IMG/VR virus record: IMGVR_UViG_3300027777_000028
Coordinates: 34,377-98,376 of that record
Direction: 5' to 3' (one strand)
Length of the DNA stretch: 64,000 nt
Source of the DNA: a virus
Shown here: piece after piece, positions 1 through 10,258 of the stretch
Numbering within the stretch: position 1 is the first letter of the stretch
How the letters are laid out: each line of letters opens with the position of its first letter
Translations under genes and position numbers: made by a program
The notes under the pieces: model-generated
The model's database searches: none
Seen by the model: the letters and a program-made list of their open reading frames with translations, nothing else
Told to the model about the DNA's origin: nothing

Positions 1-2172
1 AGATATATTGAAGACCCAATAATATACGGTCCTTATGAACAAGGAAATTTACCACCTCAAGTAAGTTTATCACAATCTAAACAACAAAATCCTAAAACAT
101 GGGAGGCTTTAGAATATTATGTTGGCAATTCATCGATACCAAAATTGAAATATTCAAATAATGGATCATATATAACAGATTTTTTCATTGACCTGAATGT
201 TTTATTTAATGAAAAAAATGTTCAAGACTTTGCTCCAATAATTAAAATATATGCAACTCAAAAACTGGCAAATAATAATTTGAATCTAAATAGTTTTTAT
301 AAACTTATGGATGCCTATATTGATGACTCAAACAAATATGTAGGAAACGTTTTAAACACGATGTTACCTGCGGTTAGAAAACAATTACCAAACATTTTTA
401 TAAGTGAAGACGGATCTGCAAATAGAGCAGATTTAGAAGCTGGTTTTACAGAACAAACAAGAACAGAACTATGGGAAACATTTAAGGCGTTAAACGATAC
501 ATGGATTGCAGGATTTGATTTTCAAAATAAAACTTTATTTGAAGATGTTATGTTGGTGGATAGAGCTAGTAGAAATGTGGGTGATAAAGTATTAGTTGAT
601 ATTTACGGAATTATTAATTTATTGGAAGATGGATCAACAGAAAAAAATAAAGGAAGTAGTTCATATAAAAATACTTTATTAGATATGGTTACGACCATTT
701 TAGTTGAAAACAATTTTCAGCACTTTATGTTACCGGCATATGTTAATTTCTATAATGTACAAGACGCACAAAAAAACCCAACACCAAGACCTGATGGGAC
801 AATGGAATTTGGTAATATGTTATTTGGTACTTTTTTAAATGTTGATTATAGACAAAGTTCTCCAAAATTTTTGTGTTACTATGTTAGTAAGCCAAGTGAA
901 CATTTAAATATGAATAACAATATTGATTATAGATTTAGAGACGATGCTTTTGATTTAAGAAGGGCAAGTGATAATCCTTTAATTGAAAATCAAGCAACCA
1001 AAATAGATTGGGACAAATCAAATAAAGTTGTTGGTTTTAATGTTGATCCAACAAAAGAAAATCAACAAATATTTAAATCTTTTAGCGTTTCACAAGATCC
1101 GGGAAAACCAACAAGTGAATCTTTACAGATTTTGGATCAAATGGCCAATGTTGAAAAAAACAGACGATCATCTACACAAAGTGTTTCATTATTTAATTTA
1201 TATAAGAATAGAAGTTATAGTTGTTCTGTTGATATGATGGGATGTGCTTTGATACAACCAATGATGTATTTTAATATTAGAAATATACCTATGTTTTCTG
1301 GACCATATATGATTACAAAAGTAAGTCACGATGTTTCTGAAAATGGATTTAATACGGTTTTTGAAGGAATAAGACAACCCTTTTATAGTTTACCAACAGT
1401 AGATAATTTTTTACAAACCTTAAATGTTAAAATTCTTTCACAATTACAAAGTAAAATACAAGAAAATGAATCAAAACAAAAACAAGATTCTGCAAATGTA
1501 TTGTTTCAAGCACAAAATACAATTGCGAATTTACAATCTCAAGACACTTTAACTAAAAATCAAGATTGTGCAAATCAATTAAATAGTAGGTATAATAATT
1601 TTACAGGAGTAGATACTCCACAACCAACATCTATTTCAGTAAAAACATTTTTAAATGAATTAAGAAACATTTTAATTGAATTAAAATATGATATGACAGG
1701 AGATACTACATATCAAACAGCGGCGTCAGTTTTTACATTCGTGTTTGTTGACTCAGGAAATAATAATGGAACAGAACTAAGTGCTTATGAAAATAATTAC
1801 AGCACAATAAATTTACAAGAAGTTTATGGTGACACTTTCTTTGAATTTATAAATAGAAAGTATTTTTGTGTTTCAAGAGGAACGGATAAAAATTTACCAA
1901 TTGTTGCTTTTAGATCTTTAAAAGATTTTATAAAGTTTGTTTTACTTAAAGTTGGAAATATCCCAACGTTCTTGAATCAAGACGAAAGTAAGTTTTCACA
2001 ATATGGTGATAACTCTCCACCATATAATTTGGCTAAACAATATGTGTTACATTATCCGATCAATCAAAACGCCGATGTTTATACTAAAATTGAGGCGGAC
2101 AACAATCAAATTGAATCATTAAGGTCAGAATTTTTAAAAGCTTATCAAATTTTTAAATCATTGTGGTCCTAA
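1..2172 (+). CDS. Large virion protein, 5'-truncated, with a baseplate hub (gp27/late control D-like) segment
   Basis: Frame is open from base 1, upstream of the track's 145 start. Contains YSCSVDMMG...PMFSGPYMITKVSHDVSENGFNTVFEG, the G-x-Y-x-I-x-x-V-x-H...F-x-T pattern of hub proteins. Confidence 0.6.
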   Translation, partial: RYIEDPIIYGPYEQGNLPPQVSLSQSKQQNPKTWEALEYYVGNSSIPKLKYSNNGSYITDFFIDLNVLFNEKNVQDFAPIIKIYATQKLANNNLNLNSFYKLMDAYIDDSNKYVGNVLNTMLPAVRKQLPNIFISEDGSANRADLEAGFTEQTRTELWETFKALNDTWIAGFDFQNKTLFEDVMLVDRASRNVGDKVLVDIYGIINLLEDGSTEKNKGSSSYKNTLLDMVTTILVENNFQHFMLPAYVNFYNVQDAQKNPTPRPDGTMEFGNMLFGTFLNVDYRQSSPKFLCYYVSKPSEHLNMNNNIDYRFRDDAFDLRRASDNPLIENQATKIDWDKSNKVVGFNVDPTKENQQIFKSFSVSQDPGKPTSESLQILDQMANVEKNRRSSTQSVSLFNLYKNRSYSCSVDMMGCALIQPMMYFNIRNIPMFSGPYMITKVSHDVSENGFNTVFEGIRQPFYSLPTVDNFLQTLNVKILSQLQSKIQENESKQKQDSANVLFQAQNTIANLQSQDTLTKNQDCANQLNSRYNNFTGVDTPQPTSISVKTFLNELRNILIELKYDMTGDTTYQTAASVFTFVFVDSGNNNGTELSAYENNYSTINLQEVYGDTFFEFINRKYFCVSRGTDKNLPIVAFRSLKDFIKFVLLKVGNIPTFLNQDESKFSQYGDNSPPYNLAKQYVLHYPINQNADVYTKIEADNNQIESLRSEFLKAYQIFKSLWS

Positions 2173-2187
2173 ATAAAATAATACAGA

Positions 2188-2194
2188 TATTTAT
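2188..2194 (+). promoter_or_regulatory. TATTTAT motif, putative phage (late-type) promoter; first of about 16 copies
   Basis: Lies 4-23 nt upstream of start codons at 2188, 6678, 10248, 11147, 13519, 22954, 30303, 32409, 42548, 47459, 50743, 55048, 61097, 63619 (+) and 37657, 50738 (-). Confidence 0.65.
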
Positions 2195-2208
2195 AATAAA
2201 AATTATAT

Positions 2209-2433
2209 ATGAATACAAAACTTATATTAGATAACTACTTGGGTAAAAACACAAGAGTTTCAGAGAAGGATAAAGGTAATGGTTACAAAGAAGTTTGTGA
2301 TTTAGATACTGGAGACTGCTACACAGTAAGAATGAAAGATGGTTTAATTGAAAGAGTTGACAACACTAAAAATTCTTTTAAAAAAATCCAAGTTGAGACC
2401 AAGAATGGTATAAAAACATTATTAAACGGATAG
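2209..2433 (+). CDS. Hypothetical protein (74 aa)
   Basis: ORF follows a TATTTAT motif and abuts the next gene. Confidence 0.7.
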   Translation: MNTKLILDNYLGKNTRVSEKDKGNGYKEVCDLDTGDCYTVRMKDGLIERVDNTKNSFKKIQVETKNGIKTLLNG

Positions 2434-2434
2434 T

Positions 2435-3121
2435 ATGAAATTAGATGAAAAAATATTAGAAGAAATCGCAAGATATAGATCAATCAACAACTATATTACA
2501 GAGCAAGAAGTTCCACCACCACCTGGAGACGTTCCACCACCACCTGTTGATCCGGCAGCGGCCCCATCACCTGATGCAGGAGCATCCCCAGCACCTGACG
2601 CAGGAGCAGCCCCAACACCACCAGCAGCTCCTGAAGGAGAACCAATTGATGTTGGTGCAGATCCTGACGTTGAAGAGGTTGGAGCAGAAGGAGAAGAAGG
2701 TGAAGGAGAAACTGAAGAGTTGGACATCACTGATTTGGTTGATTCTCAAAAAACAATGGCAGACAAACAAGAAGAATATTTTGAAAATCTTTTTGGTCAA
2801 ATAAAGAAAATGGAAGAAAAATTGTCAGAAATGGATAGTTTAGTTCAAAAAATAGATTCGTTAGATTCTAAAGTTGAAAAATATAGACCAAAAACGGCAC
2901 AAGAAAAACTACAATTAAGAAGTTTAGATTCAGGACCATTCAAACAAAATTTGGCAGACTTCTTTAAAGACAAAGAAGAGGAAATGGAAAAAACAGGAAA
3001 AAACGAATACGTTTTAACCCAAGACGAAGTTGAAAATTTTAGCCCATCAGAAATTGAAAAATCATTTAATGAACCAATGGAAGATGAAGACGACATATTA
3101 TTGAATAGATATAATTCGTAA
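2435..3121 (+). CDS. Acidic Pro/Ala-rich coiled-coil protein, putative head-associated
   Basis: N-terminal ILEEIARYRSINNY..ITEQ motif, PPPP/APA linker, coiled coil. Confidence 0.6.
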   Translation: MKLDEKILEEIARYRSINNYITEQEVPPPPGDVPPPPVDPAAAPSPDAGASPAPDAGAAPTPPAAPEGEPIDVGADPDVEEVGAEGEEGEGETEELDITDLVDSQKTMADKQEEYFENLFGQIKKMEEKLSEMDSLVQKIDSLDSKVEKYRPKTAQEKLQLRSLDSGPFKQNLADFFKDKEEEMEKTGKNEYVLTQDEVENFSPSEIEKSFNEPMEDEDDILLNRYNS

Positions 3122-3123
3122 GG

Positions 3124-3158
3124 TATAAGGTCACAAATTGTGACCTTATATTTTTTTT
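3124..3158 (+). terminator. Intrinsic terminator
   Basis: TATAAGGTCACAA-A-TTGTGACCTTATA inverted repeat followed by T8. Confidence 0.85.
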
Positions 3159-3169
3159 AAGAATACCAT

Positions 3170-3198
3170 TTGACTATAACTTTTTATACCCTTATACT
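3170..3198 (+). promoter_or_regulatory. sigma70-type promoter for the replication operon
   Basis: TTGACT (3170-3175), 17-nt spacer, TATACT (3193-3198), directly after a terminator. Confidence 0.7.
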
Positions 3199-3230
3199 TT
3201 TTACATATAAACTTTTAATTTTAATTTTAC

Positions 3231-4094
3231 ATGGCGACAAATGTTTTAGACGCGGTTTTGGCTCAATATGAAAGTTCAAAACAAAGTGGTTCTTCTTCCA
3301 CTTCAAAAATGTCACAAGAAGAAAGAATGAAAAAATATTTCGCAGCTCTTTTGAAAGAGAACGAAAAACAAGGACAAAAACGTGTTCGAATTTTACCAAC
3401 AACAGACGGATCTTCACCCTTCAAAGAAGTATGGTTTCACGAAATTTCATTGGATGGAAAATGGCAAAAATTCTATGATCCAGGAAAAAATGACAATGAA
3501 AGATCACCTTTGAATGAGGTATATGAAGAACTTATGTCAACAGGAAAAGATTCTGATAAAGAATTGGCAAAACAATATAAGGCTCGCAAATTCTATATCG
3601 TTAAAGTTATTGACCGAGATAACGAACAAGATGGAGTTAAATTTTGGAGATTCAAACATAACTACAAACAAGAAGGAATCTTAGACAAAGTTATTCCAAT
3701 TTGGAAAGCAAAAGGAGATATCACAGACCCAACAACAGGACGAGATCTAATTTTGGAACTAACCAAAGCCAAAACACCAAAAGGAGCATTTTACACAGTT
3801 ATTCAAACTGTAATGTATGATGACCCATCACCAATTTCTAAAGATGAAGATCAATTAACAGAATGGGTTTCAGATGAAATGACATGGGAAGATGTTTATT
3901 CAAAAAAACCTGTTGAATATCTTGAAGCAATCGCAAGAGGAGAAACTCCACGTTGGGATTCTGAAAAAGGTGGATATGTTTATGCAAACGATGAAACCGC
4001 AGAATTTTCTATGGGAGGATCAAAATCCAAATCAATTAACGAAGTTGAAGATCCACAAGCAAACGATCAGGTTGACGAAGAATTACCATTCTAA
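3231..4094 (+). CDS. Single-stranded DNA-binding protein (T4 gp32-like)
   Basis: RILP...PF.EVWFH, DITDPTTGRDLILE and an acidic tail ending DEELPF; heads the replication operon. Confidence 0.8.
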   Translation: MATNVLDAVLAQYESSKQSGSSSTSKMSQEERMKKYFAALLKENEKQGQKRVRILPTTDGSSPFKEVWFHEISLDGKWQKFYDPGKNDNERSPLNEVYEELMSTGKDSDKELAKQYKARKFYIVKVIDRDNEQDGVKFWRFKHNYKQEGILDKVIPIWKAKGDITDPTTGRDLILELTKAKTPKGAFYTVIQTVMYDDPSPISKDEDQLTEWVSDEMTWEDVYSKKPVEYLEAIARGETPRWDSEKGGYVYANDETAEFSMGGSKSKSINEVEDPQANDQVDEELPF

Positions 4095-4113
4095 AAAAAA
4101 CCAAAGTATTATC

Positions 4114-4147
4114 AAAACACCGATTTACAATGTCGGTGTTTTTTTTT
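4114..4147 (+). terminator. Intrinsic terminator
   Basis: AAAACACCGA...TCGGTGTTTT stem with T-run. Confidence 0.75.
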
Positions 4148-4170
4148 ATCATTAAATTAAATAGAAAATT

Positions 4171-5178
4171 ATGGCAATTAAGAAAAATGATTTTAGTTCA
4201 TTAAAAAAGAAATTTTCCACATCAGCAAAATATAAACCACAAAGATTTTTTGATTTGGGTCAACCTTTTTTGGATGCTGTGGGACTTCCTGGTCCTGCTA
4301 TGGGACATATAAATATGTTTTTGGGACATTCAGATACAGGAAAAACAACAGCACTTGTTAAAACTGCGGTTGACGCTCAAAAGAAAGGTATTCTTCCTGT
4401 GTTTATTATTACAGAACAAAAATGGAGTTTTGATCACGCAAAACTTATGGGTTTTGACTGTGAAGAAGTTGTCGACACCGAAACAGGTGAGTTAGAATGG
4501 GACGGGTTTTACATATTTAACAATAACTTCAATTACATCGAACAAATTACAGATTACATTAATGAATTATTAGATGCTCAAGAAAAGGGGGATTTGGATT
4601 ATTCTTTATGTATTATGTGGGATTCAGTTGGATCTGTTCCTTGTAAAATGACTTACGAAGGTAAAGGAGGAAAGCAACATAATGCTAGCGTTTTAGCAGA
4701 CAAAATCGGTATGGGAATCAATCAAAGAATTTCAGGATCACGTAAGTCTGACTCTAAATACGAAAATACTTTAATTATCGTAAATCAGCCTTGGGTGGAG
4801 TTGCCGGATAATCCTTTTGGACAACCCAAGATTAAAGCAAAGGGCGGTGAGGCAATTTGGTTAAACTCTTCATTGGTATTTTTATTTGGTAATCAAAAGG
4901 GTGCAGGAACAACAAAAATTACAGCAACAAAAGACAAAAGAACTGTAAAGTTCGCATCAAGAACAAAAGTGTCAGTTATGAAAAATCACATCAATGGACT
5001 TGGTTTTGAAGATGGGAAAATAATTGTAACACCACACGGTTTTTTACCTGGCAAGGAAGCGTCTGAAGAAAAAGCATCAATCGAACAATACAAGAAAGAT
5101 TATGCTGAATATTGGAAAGAAATAATTGGAGTCGATGGTGACTTTGATTTGAAAGCAGAAAAAGAAGAAGTAGAGTAG
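4171..5178 (+). CDS. RecA/UvsX-family recombinase
   Basis: Walker A GHSDTGKTT, Walker B IMWDSVG, IIVNQ, KGGEAI, VMKNH. Confidence 0.85.
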   Translation: MAIKKNDFSSLKKKFSTSAKYKPQRFFDLGQPFLDAVGLPGPAMGHINMFLGHSDTGKTTALVKTAVDAQKKGILPVFIITEQKWSFDHAKLMGFDCEEVVDTETGELEWDGFYIFNNNFNYIEQITDYINELLDAQEKGDLDYSLCIMWDSVGSVPCKMTYEGKGGKQHNASVLADKIGMGINQRISGSRKSDSKYENTLIIVNQPWVELPDNPFGQPKIKAKGGEAIWLNSSLVFLFGNQKGAGTTKITATKDKRTVKFASRTKVSVMKNHINGLGFEDGKIIVTPHGFLPGKEASEEKASIEQYKKDYAEYWKEIIGVDGDFDLKAEKEEVE

Positions 5179-5199
5179 TAATAATTTAAAAGACAAGAA

Positions 5200-6210
5200 G
5201 TGTCAAAAACGTTATTGGTTGACGGAAACAACCTATTAAAAATCGGATTTCACGGAGTAAGAGATTTCTTTAATAAAGGAGAACACGTTGGGGGTATTTG
5301 GCACTTTCTAAATACCCTAAAACGTTTCCTTGACGAGAATAACTATAACAAAGTAGTTGTGTTTTGGGATGGAGAAACAAGTTCATCACAAAGAAGATTA
5401 TTATATCCAAAATACAAACTTAATCGTAAAACTAGTAACCCCGAAGATTTTAAAGAAGAATCGTTTTTAAAACAAAAACAAAGGGTTAAAGAATACCTTG
5501 AGGAAATGTTTGTTAGACAATTGGACGTTGAAAATTCAGAAGCCGATGATCTGATTGCTTATTATTGTCAGATTTCTGAAGACGAAAGTAAAACAATATT
5601 TTCGACAGATAGAGACCTTACACAACTTATTTCTAAAGATGTGACAATATATTCACCAATAACAAAAAGGTATTATAAGAATGGAGATACGATTAAAATT
5701 GATCAAATAGAGATTCCCCACTATAATGTTAAAACATATAAAATATTAACTGGTGATAGTTCAGATAATATTGATGGTATTTTTTATCTTGGTGAAAAAA
5801 CTTTTGTAAAATTATTTCCTGAAATACTTGAAAAGGAAATTAGTATTACTGATATTTTAACAAAAGGTGAAGAATTATTAAAAGAACAGAAAGAAAATGT
5901 GGTTTTAAAAAATCTTTTAAGTGGAAAAACAAAAGAGGGAATATTTGGGGACGAGTTTTTTGTTATTAACGAAAAATTAGTTGACTTATCAAAGCCTTTG
6001 ATTTCCGAAGAAGGAAAAGAGTTAGTTCGATCGTATTACTCTGAGTCGTTGGATCCAGACGGAAGGGGACACAGGAATTTAATTCGTATGATGATGGACG
6101 ACGGATTCTTTAAATACTTACCAAAGGGTGACGACTCGTGGGTAAATTTTTTAAAACCATTTTTAAAACTATCAAGAAAAGAAAAAAGTAAGTTTAGAAA
6201 CAAAAAGTAG
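5200..6210 (+). CDS. 5'-3' exonuclease / flap endonuclease (T4 RNase H, PolI N-terminal-like)
   Basis: LLVDGNNL, VFWDG, YPKYKLNR, EADDLIA, STDRDLTQL, LTGDSSDNIDG; GTG start. Confidence 0.9.
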   Translation: MSKTLLVDGNNLLKIGFHGVRDFFNKGEHVGGIWHFLNTLKRFLDENNYNKVVVFWDGETSSSQRRLLYPKYKLNRKTSNPEDFKEESFLKQKQRVKEYLEEMFVRQLDVENSEADDLIAYYCQISEDESKTIFSTDRDLTQLISKDVTIYSPITKRYYKNGDTIKIDQIEIPHYNVKTYKILTGDSSDNIDGIFYLGEKTFVKLFPEILEKEISITDILTKGEELLKEQKENVVLKNLLSGKTKEGIFGDEFFVINEKLVDLSKPLISEEGKELVRSYYSESLDPDGRGHRNLIRMMMDDGFFKYLPKGDDSWVNFLKPFLKLSRKEKSKFRNKK

Positions 6211-6224
6211 AAACCAAAAAAACT

Positions 6225-6674
6225 ATGAAAGAACAAGAAATAACAAAAGTAGAATTTTTGTTAATGTGTAATGAAAACATTGTTGTCCAAAGATTTTTTA
6301 ATGTTAGAGGATTCAATAAAAACGCTCACAAATCAGAAAATTTTTATGATCATATTAATTCGTTGTGTAACGAACTACAATATGATTTAAAGATGAGATC
6401 TGTAAGTTATTTATTGACTAATCAATACGAGATTTTTGAAAATCCCGAAATCTTAAACACATCAATTACGGATGGTCCAGAAAAATTTAATTTAATTATT
6501 AAGGTTGGAGACCTGACAATTTGTCATAGGCAGTTTGATGCCAAAGTATACCCTCCGAAGGTAAGATACACCGTAGACCTACGCCCAAAGTTAAAAACGA
6601 TAATGGCTGGTCTTACTGACATTTTTTCAGGTAAGAAATTTAATTATTTTTATCCCGAACTTATCAAAAATTAA
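6225..6674 (+). CDS. Hypothetical protein (149 aa)
   Basis: Collinear ORF inside the replication operon. Confidence 0.7.
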   Translation: MKEQEITKVEFLLMCNENIVVQRFFNVRGFNKNAHKSENFYDHINSLCNELQYDLKMRSVSYLLTNQYEIFENPEILNTSITDGPEKFNLIIKVGDLTICHRQFDAKVYPPKVRYTVDLRPKLKTIMAGLTDIFSGKKFNYFYPELIKN

Positions 6675-6707
6675 TAGTATTTATCATACGAAAGGAGAAA
6701 CAAGACA

Positions 6708-8108
6708 ATGGCAACGAGTAAAAATTTTGAGTATTTAGGAAATACATTTCAATTACAACTTTTAAATCAAATTATAGTAGACAAAGATTTTTCACATTCT
6801 ATTATTGATGTAATTGAGAACAACTATTTTGAAAACAAATACTTCAAAATAATCATTCAAATGGTGAGGGAATATTATTTAAAATATGATCACACACCAT
6901 CATTTGAAACCCTTGAACAAATAACTAAATCTGAACTTCAGCAGGAATTAGCATCCAAGATTGTAATGGACACAATCAAGAAAATTAAGGATGCACCTAT
7001 TGATGGCGTAGGTTTCGTTCAAGAAAAGGCTTTAAAATTCTGTAAACAACAAGAACTTCAAAAGGTAATGGGTCAGGCCCAAAAGATCATTGACGGAGGT
7101 GAGTTTGAAAACTACGACACTTTAGAGGAGTTGGTTAAGACAGCACTTCAAGTAGGAGCAAAAGACACATCAATGACGGATATATTTTCGAACCTTGATC
7201 AAGTGTTAGAAGAAGATTACAGACACCCAATTCCTATGGGAATCCCTGGTATTGACAGACTACTTAAAGGTGGTTTGGCTAAAGGAGAAATCGGTGTAAT
7301 CTTAGCACCAACTGGTGTGGGTAAATCAACAATTTTAACAAAGATTGCTAATCACTCATTTAATCTTGGGTTTAACGTCCTTCAAGTCTTTTTTGAGGAC
7401 AATCCAAAGGTTATTCAAAGAAAGCATATCACGTTGTGGACAAAGATTCACCCTGACGATTTGTCAGGAAAAAAAGACGAGGTAATGAAAAAAGTCAAAG
7501 AAGTTGAAGAGTCGATGCCAAATAAGTTGATAATGAAAAAGTTACCTTCAGATACAATGACTATGTTACAAATCAAAAATCAAATTAGAAAAATTATTTC
7601 TGATGGGATTAAAATTGACATGGTGGTTTTAGATTATATTGATTGTGTTGTTCCAGACAAAAACTTGGGTGATGAATGGAAAAGTGAAGGTTCGGTAATG
7701 AGAGCATTTGAGGCAATGTGTCACGAAATGGATCTTGTTGGGTGGACTGCAACACAAGGAAATAGGGCATCAATTTCATCAGAAGTTGTTACAACAGACC
7801 AAATGGGTGGGTCAATTAAAAAGGCACAAGTTGGTCACGTAATCATATCGGTAGCAAAAACATTACAACAAAAAGAACTTAAACTGGCAACAATCGCGAT
7901 AACCAAGTCAAGAATTGGGGATGACGGAATTGTGTTTGAAAATTGTAAATTTGATAACGCAATGATTGAAATCGACACAGAAAGTTCAATGACGTTCTTG
8001 GGAATTGAAGAACAAAAAGAAGAAAGACAAAGAGAAAGGGTAAAAGAACTTATTAAAAAACGACAAGAAAAGGAGTCACAAAAGCCACAATCTCCGGTAA
8101 ATAATTAA
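6708..8108 (+). CDS. dnaB: Replicative helicase, DnaB/T4 gp41 family
   Basis: Walker A APTGVGKST, VVLDYIDC, WTATQGNR, KSRIG. Confidence 0.9.
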   Translation: MATSKNFEYLGNTFQLQLLNQIIVDKDFSHSIIDVIENNYFENKYFKIIIQMVREYYLKYDHTPSFETLEQITKSELQQELASKIVMDTIKKIKDAPIDGVGFVQEKALKFCKQQELQKVMGQAQKIIDGGEFENYDTLEELVKTALQVGAKDTSMTDIFSNLDQVLEEDYRHPIPMGIPGIDRLLKGGLAKGEIGVILAPTGVGKSTILTKIANHSFNLGFNVLQVFFEDNPKVIQRKHITLWTKIHPDDLSGKKDEVMKKVKEVEESMPNKLIMKKLPSDTMTMLQIKNQIRKIISDGIKIDMVVLDYIDCVVPDKNLGDEWKSEGSVMRAFEAMCHEMDLVGWTATQGNRASISSEVVTTDQMGGSIKKAQVGHVIISVAKTLQQKELKLATIAITKSRIGDDGIVFENCKFDNAMIEIDTESSMTFLGIEEQKEERQRERVKELIKKRQEKESQKPQSPVNN

Positions 8109-8134
8109 ATCACAATTTTAAAAATTAAAAAAAA

Positions 8135-9994
8135 ATGGATATTTCACAAAGAATATTAAGCGACATTACGGTGTATATGAAATACGCAAAATTTGTCCCT
8201 GACTTAAACAGAAGAGAAACTTGGGAAGAGTTGGTGACAAGAAACAAAGAAATGCACCAAAAAAAATACCCCCAAATCAAAGAAGAGATTGAGGAAGTAT
8301 ATCAAATGGTATATGACAAAAAAATTCTTCCATCTATGAGATCTTTACAATTTGGTGGAAAACCAATTGAGATTTCACCAAACAGAGTTTACAATTGTGC
8401 TTATTTACCAATTGATCATGCTGATGCTTTTTCAGAAACAATGTTTTTGCTTTTAGGTGGAACAGGAGTTGGTTTTTCGGTTCAAAAACATCACGTTGAT
8501 AAACTACCCGAAATTAAAAGACCAAACCCAAATAGAACAAGAAGATATTTGATTGGAGATTCTATCGAAGGATGGGCTGACGCAATTAAAGTATTAATTG
8601 AATCTTATTTAGGATTAAAATCATCAACACCAATTTTTGATTTTTCTGACATCAGACAAAAAGGAGCATTGTTGGTAACATCAGGGGGAAAGGCACCTGG
8701 ACCACAACCACTTAAAGATTGTATTCATAATATCACAAAAGTATTTGAATCAAAACAAGATAGTGAAAAATTAACACCAATCGAAACTCACGATATTGTA
8801 TGTCATATTGCTGACGCAGTTTTAGCTGGAGGTATTAGAAGAGCAGCACTTATCAGTTTGTTTTCTGCTGATGATGAAGAAATGATTTCTTGTAAATCAG
8901 GAAATTGGTGGGAACAAAACCCACAAAGAGGAAGAGCAAACAATTCAGCAGTTTTACTTCGTCACAAAATAACCAAAGAATATTTTATGGATTTGTGGAA
9001 AAGAATTGAATTATCAGGAGCAGGTGAACCAGGAATTTATTTATCAAATGATAAAGATTGGGGAACAAACCCTTGTTGTGAAATCGGTCTTCGTCCTTAC
9101 CAATTTTGTAATTTATGTGAAGTAAACGCATCTGATATTGAATCACAGGAAGACTTTGAAAAAAGAGTAAAAGGGGCGGCGTTCATTGGAACATTACAAG
9201 CAGGATATACAGACTTCCATTATCTTCGTGATGTATGGAAAAGAACCACAGAAAAAGATGCTCTTATTGGTGTTGGAATGACTGGTATTGGATCAGGAGT
9301 TGTTTTAGGTTATGATATGGAAGCGGCCGCACAGGCAGTTAAAGATGAAAACGAAAGAGTCGCTGAACTTATTGGAATTAATAAGGCTGCAAGAACAACC
9401 ACAGTTAAACCATCAGGAACATCATCTTTGGTATTGGGAACTTCATCAGGAATTCACGCTTGGCATAATGACTATTATTTAAGAAGAATCCGTGTTGGAA
9501 AAAATGAAGCAATTTATTCTTATCTTGCAATTAATCACCCCGAACTTGTTGAAGATGAATACTTCCGTCCACACGACACTGCGGTAATTACAATTCCACA
9601 GATGGCACCTGAAGGATCAATTTTACGATATGAGTCCGTATTTGAGATGTTAGAAAGAGTTAAAAAAGTTTCAAAAGAGTGGATTAAAACAGGGCATAGA
9701 TCAGGACAAAATAGTCATAACGTATCTGCAACAGTTTCAATCAAAGAAAATGAGTGGGAATTAGTTGGAGAATGGATGTGGAAATCAAGAAAATTTTACA
9801 ACGGCTTATCAGTATTACCTTATTCAAACCATACTTATACCCAGGCACCTTTTGAAGATTGTAACAAAGAAGATTTTGAAAGATTGTTAAAATCACTAAA
9901 AAATGTTGATTTAACAAAAGTAATTGAATTACAAGACAATACAAATCTTAGTGGTGAAGCGGCTTGTGCTGGTGGAGCCTGTGAAATAGTATAG
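8135..9994 (+). CDS. nrdJ: Class II (adenosylcobalamin-dependent) ribonucleotide reductase
   Basis: LPSMRSLQFGG, YNCAY, GTGVGFSV, TNPCCEI, TVKPSGT and C-terminal CAGGAC; no beta-subunit gene nearby. Confidence 0.9.
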   Translation: MDISQRILSDITVYMKYAKFVPDLNRRETWEELVTRNKEMHQKKYPQIKEEIEEVYQMVYDKKILPSMRSLQFGGKPIEISPNRVYNCAYLPIDHADAFSETMFLLLGGTGVGFSVQKHHVDKLPEIKRPNPNRTRRYLIGDSIEGWADAIKVLIESYLGLKSSTPIFDFSDIRQKGALLVTSGGKAPGPQPLKDCIHNITKVFESKQDSEKLTPIETHDIVCHIADAVLAGGIRRAALISLFSADDEEMISCKSGNWWEQNPQRGRANNSAVLLRHKITKEYFMDLWKRIELSGAGEPGIYLSNDKDWGTNPCCEIGLRPYQFCNLCEVNASDIESQEDFEKRVKGAAFIGTLQAGYTDFHYLRDVWKRTTEKDALIGVGMTGIGSGVVLGYDMEAAAQAVKDENERVAELIGINKAARTTTVKPSGTSSLVLGTSSGIHAWHNDYYLRRIRVGKNEAIYSYLAINHPELVEDEYFRPHDTAVITIPQMAPEGSILRYESVFEMLERVKKVSKEWIKTGHRSGQNSHNVSATVSIKENEWELVGEWMWKSRKFYNGLSVLPYSNHTYTQAPFEDCNKEDFERLLKSLKNVDLTKVIELQDNTNLSGEAACAGGACEIV

Positions 9995-9996
9995 TT

Positions 9997-10224
9997 ATGA
10001 CTGTAAATGCATCAAACGATTGGATACAACAATTATATGTTCAGGAGACATCAAAAAAATCTCCTGAACCTGATTTTTATGAAAATGAAAACGGAAAAAT
10101 TGTTATGACCAAATCTTACCATATTAAGAGGGGTTCTTGTTGTGGATCAAAATGTTTAAATTGTCCCTACGAACCGAAATATGTCAAAGGAAATAAAATC
10201 GTAGAAAAATCACTAAGAAATTAG
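9997..10224 (+). CDS. Small Cys-rich protein, DUF5522-like
   Basis: YHIKRGSCCGSKCLNCPY motif. Confidence 0.7.
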   Translation: MTVNASNDWIQQLYVQETSKKSPEPDFYENENGKIVMTKSYHIKRGSCCGSKCLNCPYEPKYVKGNKIVEKSLRN

Positions 10225-10235
10225 TGATTTTTTTT
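10205..10235 (+). terminator. Intrinsic terminator
   Basis: AAAAATCACTAA-GAAA-TTAGTGATTTTT plus T-run. Confidence 0.8.
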
Positions 10236-10258
10236 ATATATCTAAACTATTTATTTGT

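Noticed and set aside
2491-3417. Overlapping short ORFs such as 2491-2730(-), 2547-2804(+), 2567-2800(-), 2845-3096(-), 3184-3417(-), and similar nested ORFs elsewhere in the track
   Set aside because: Shadow frames of well-supported genes, with low-complexity antisense-type composition and no promoter or coupling support.
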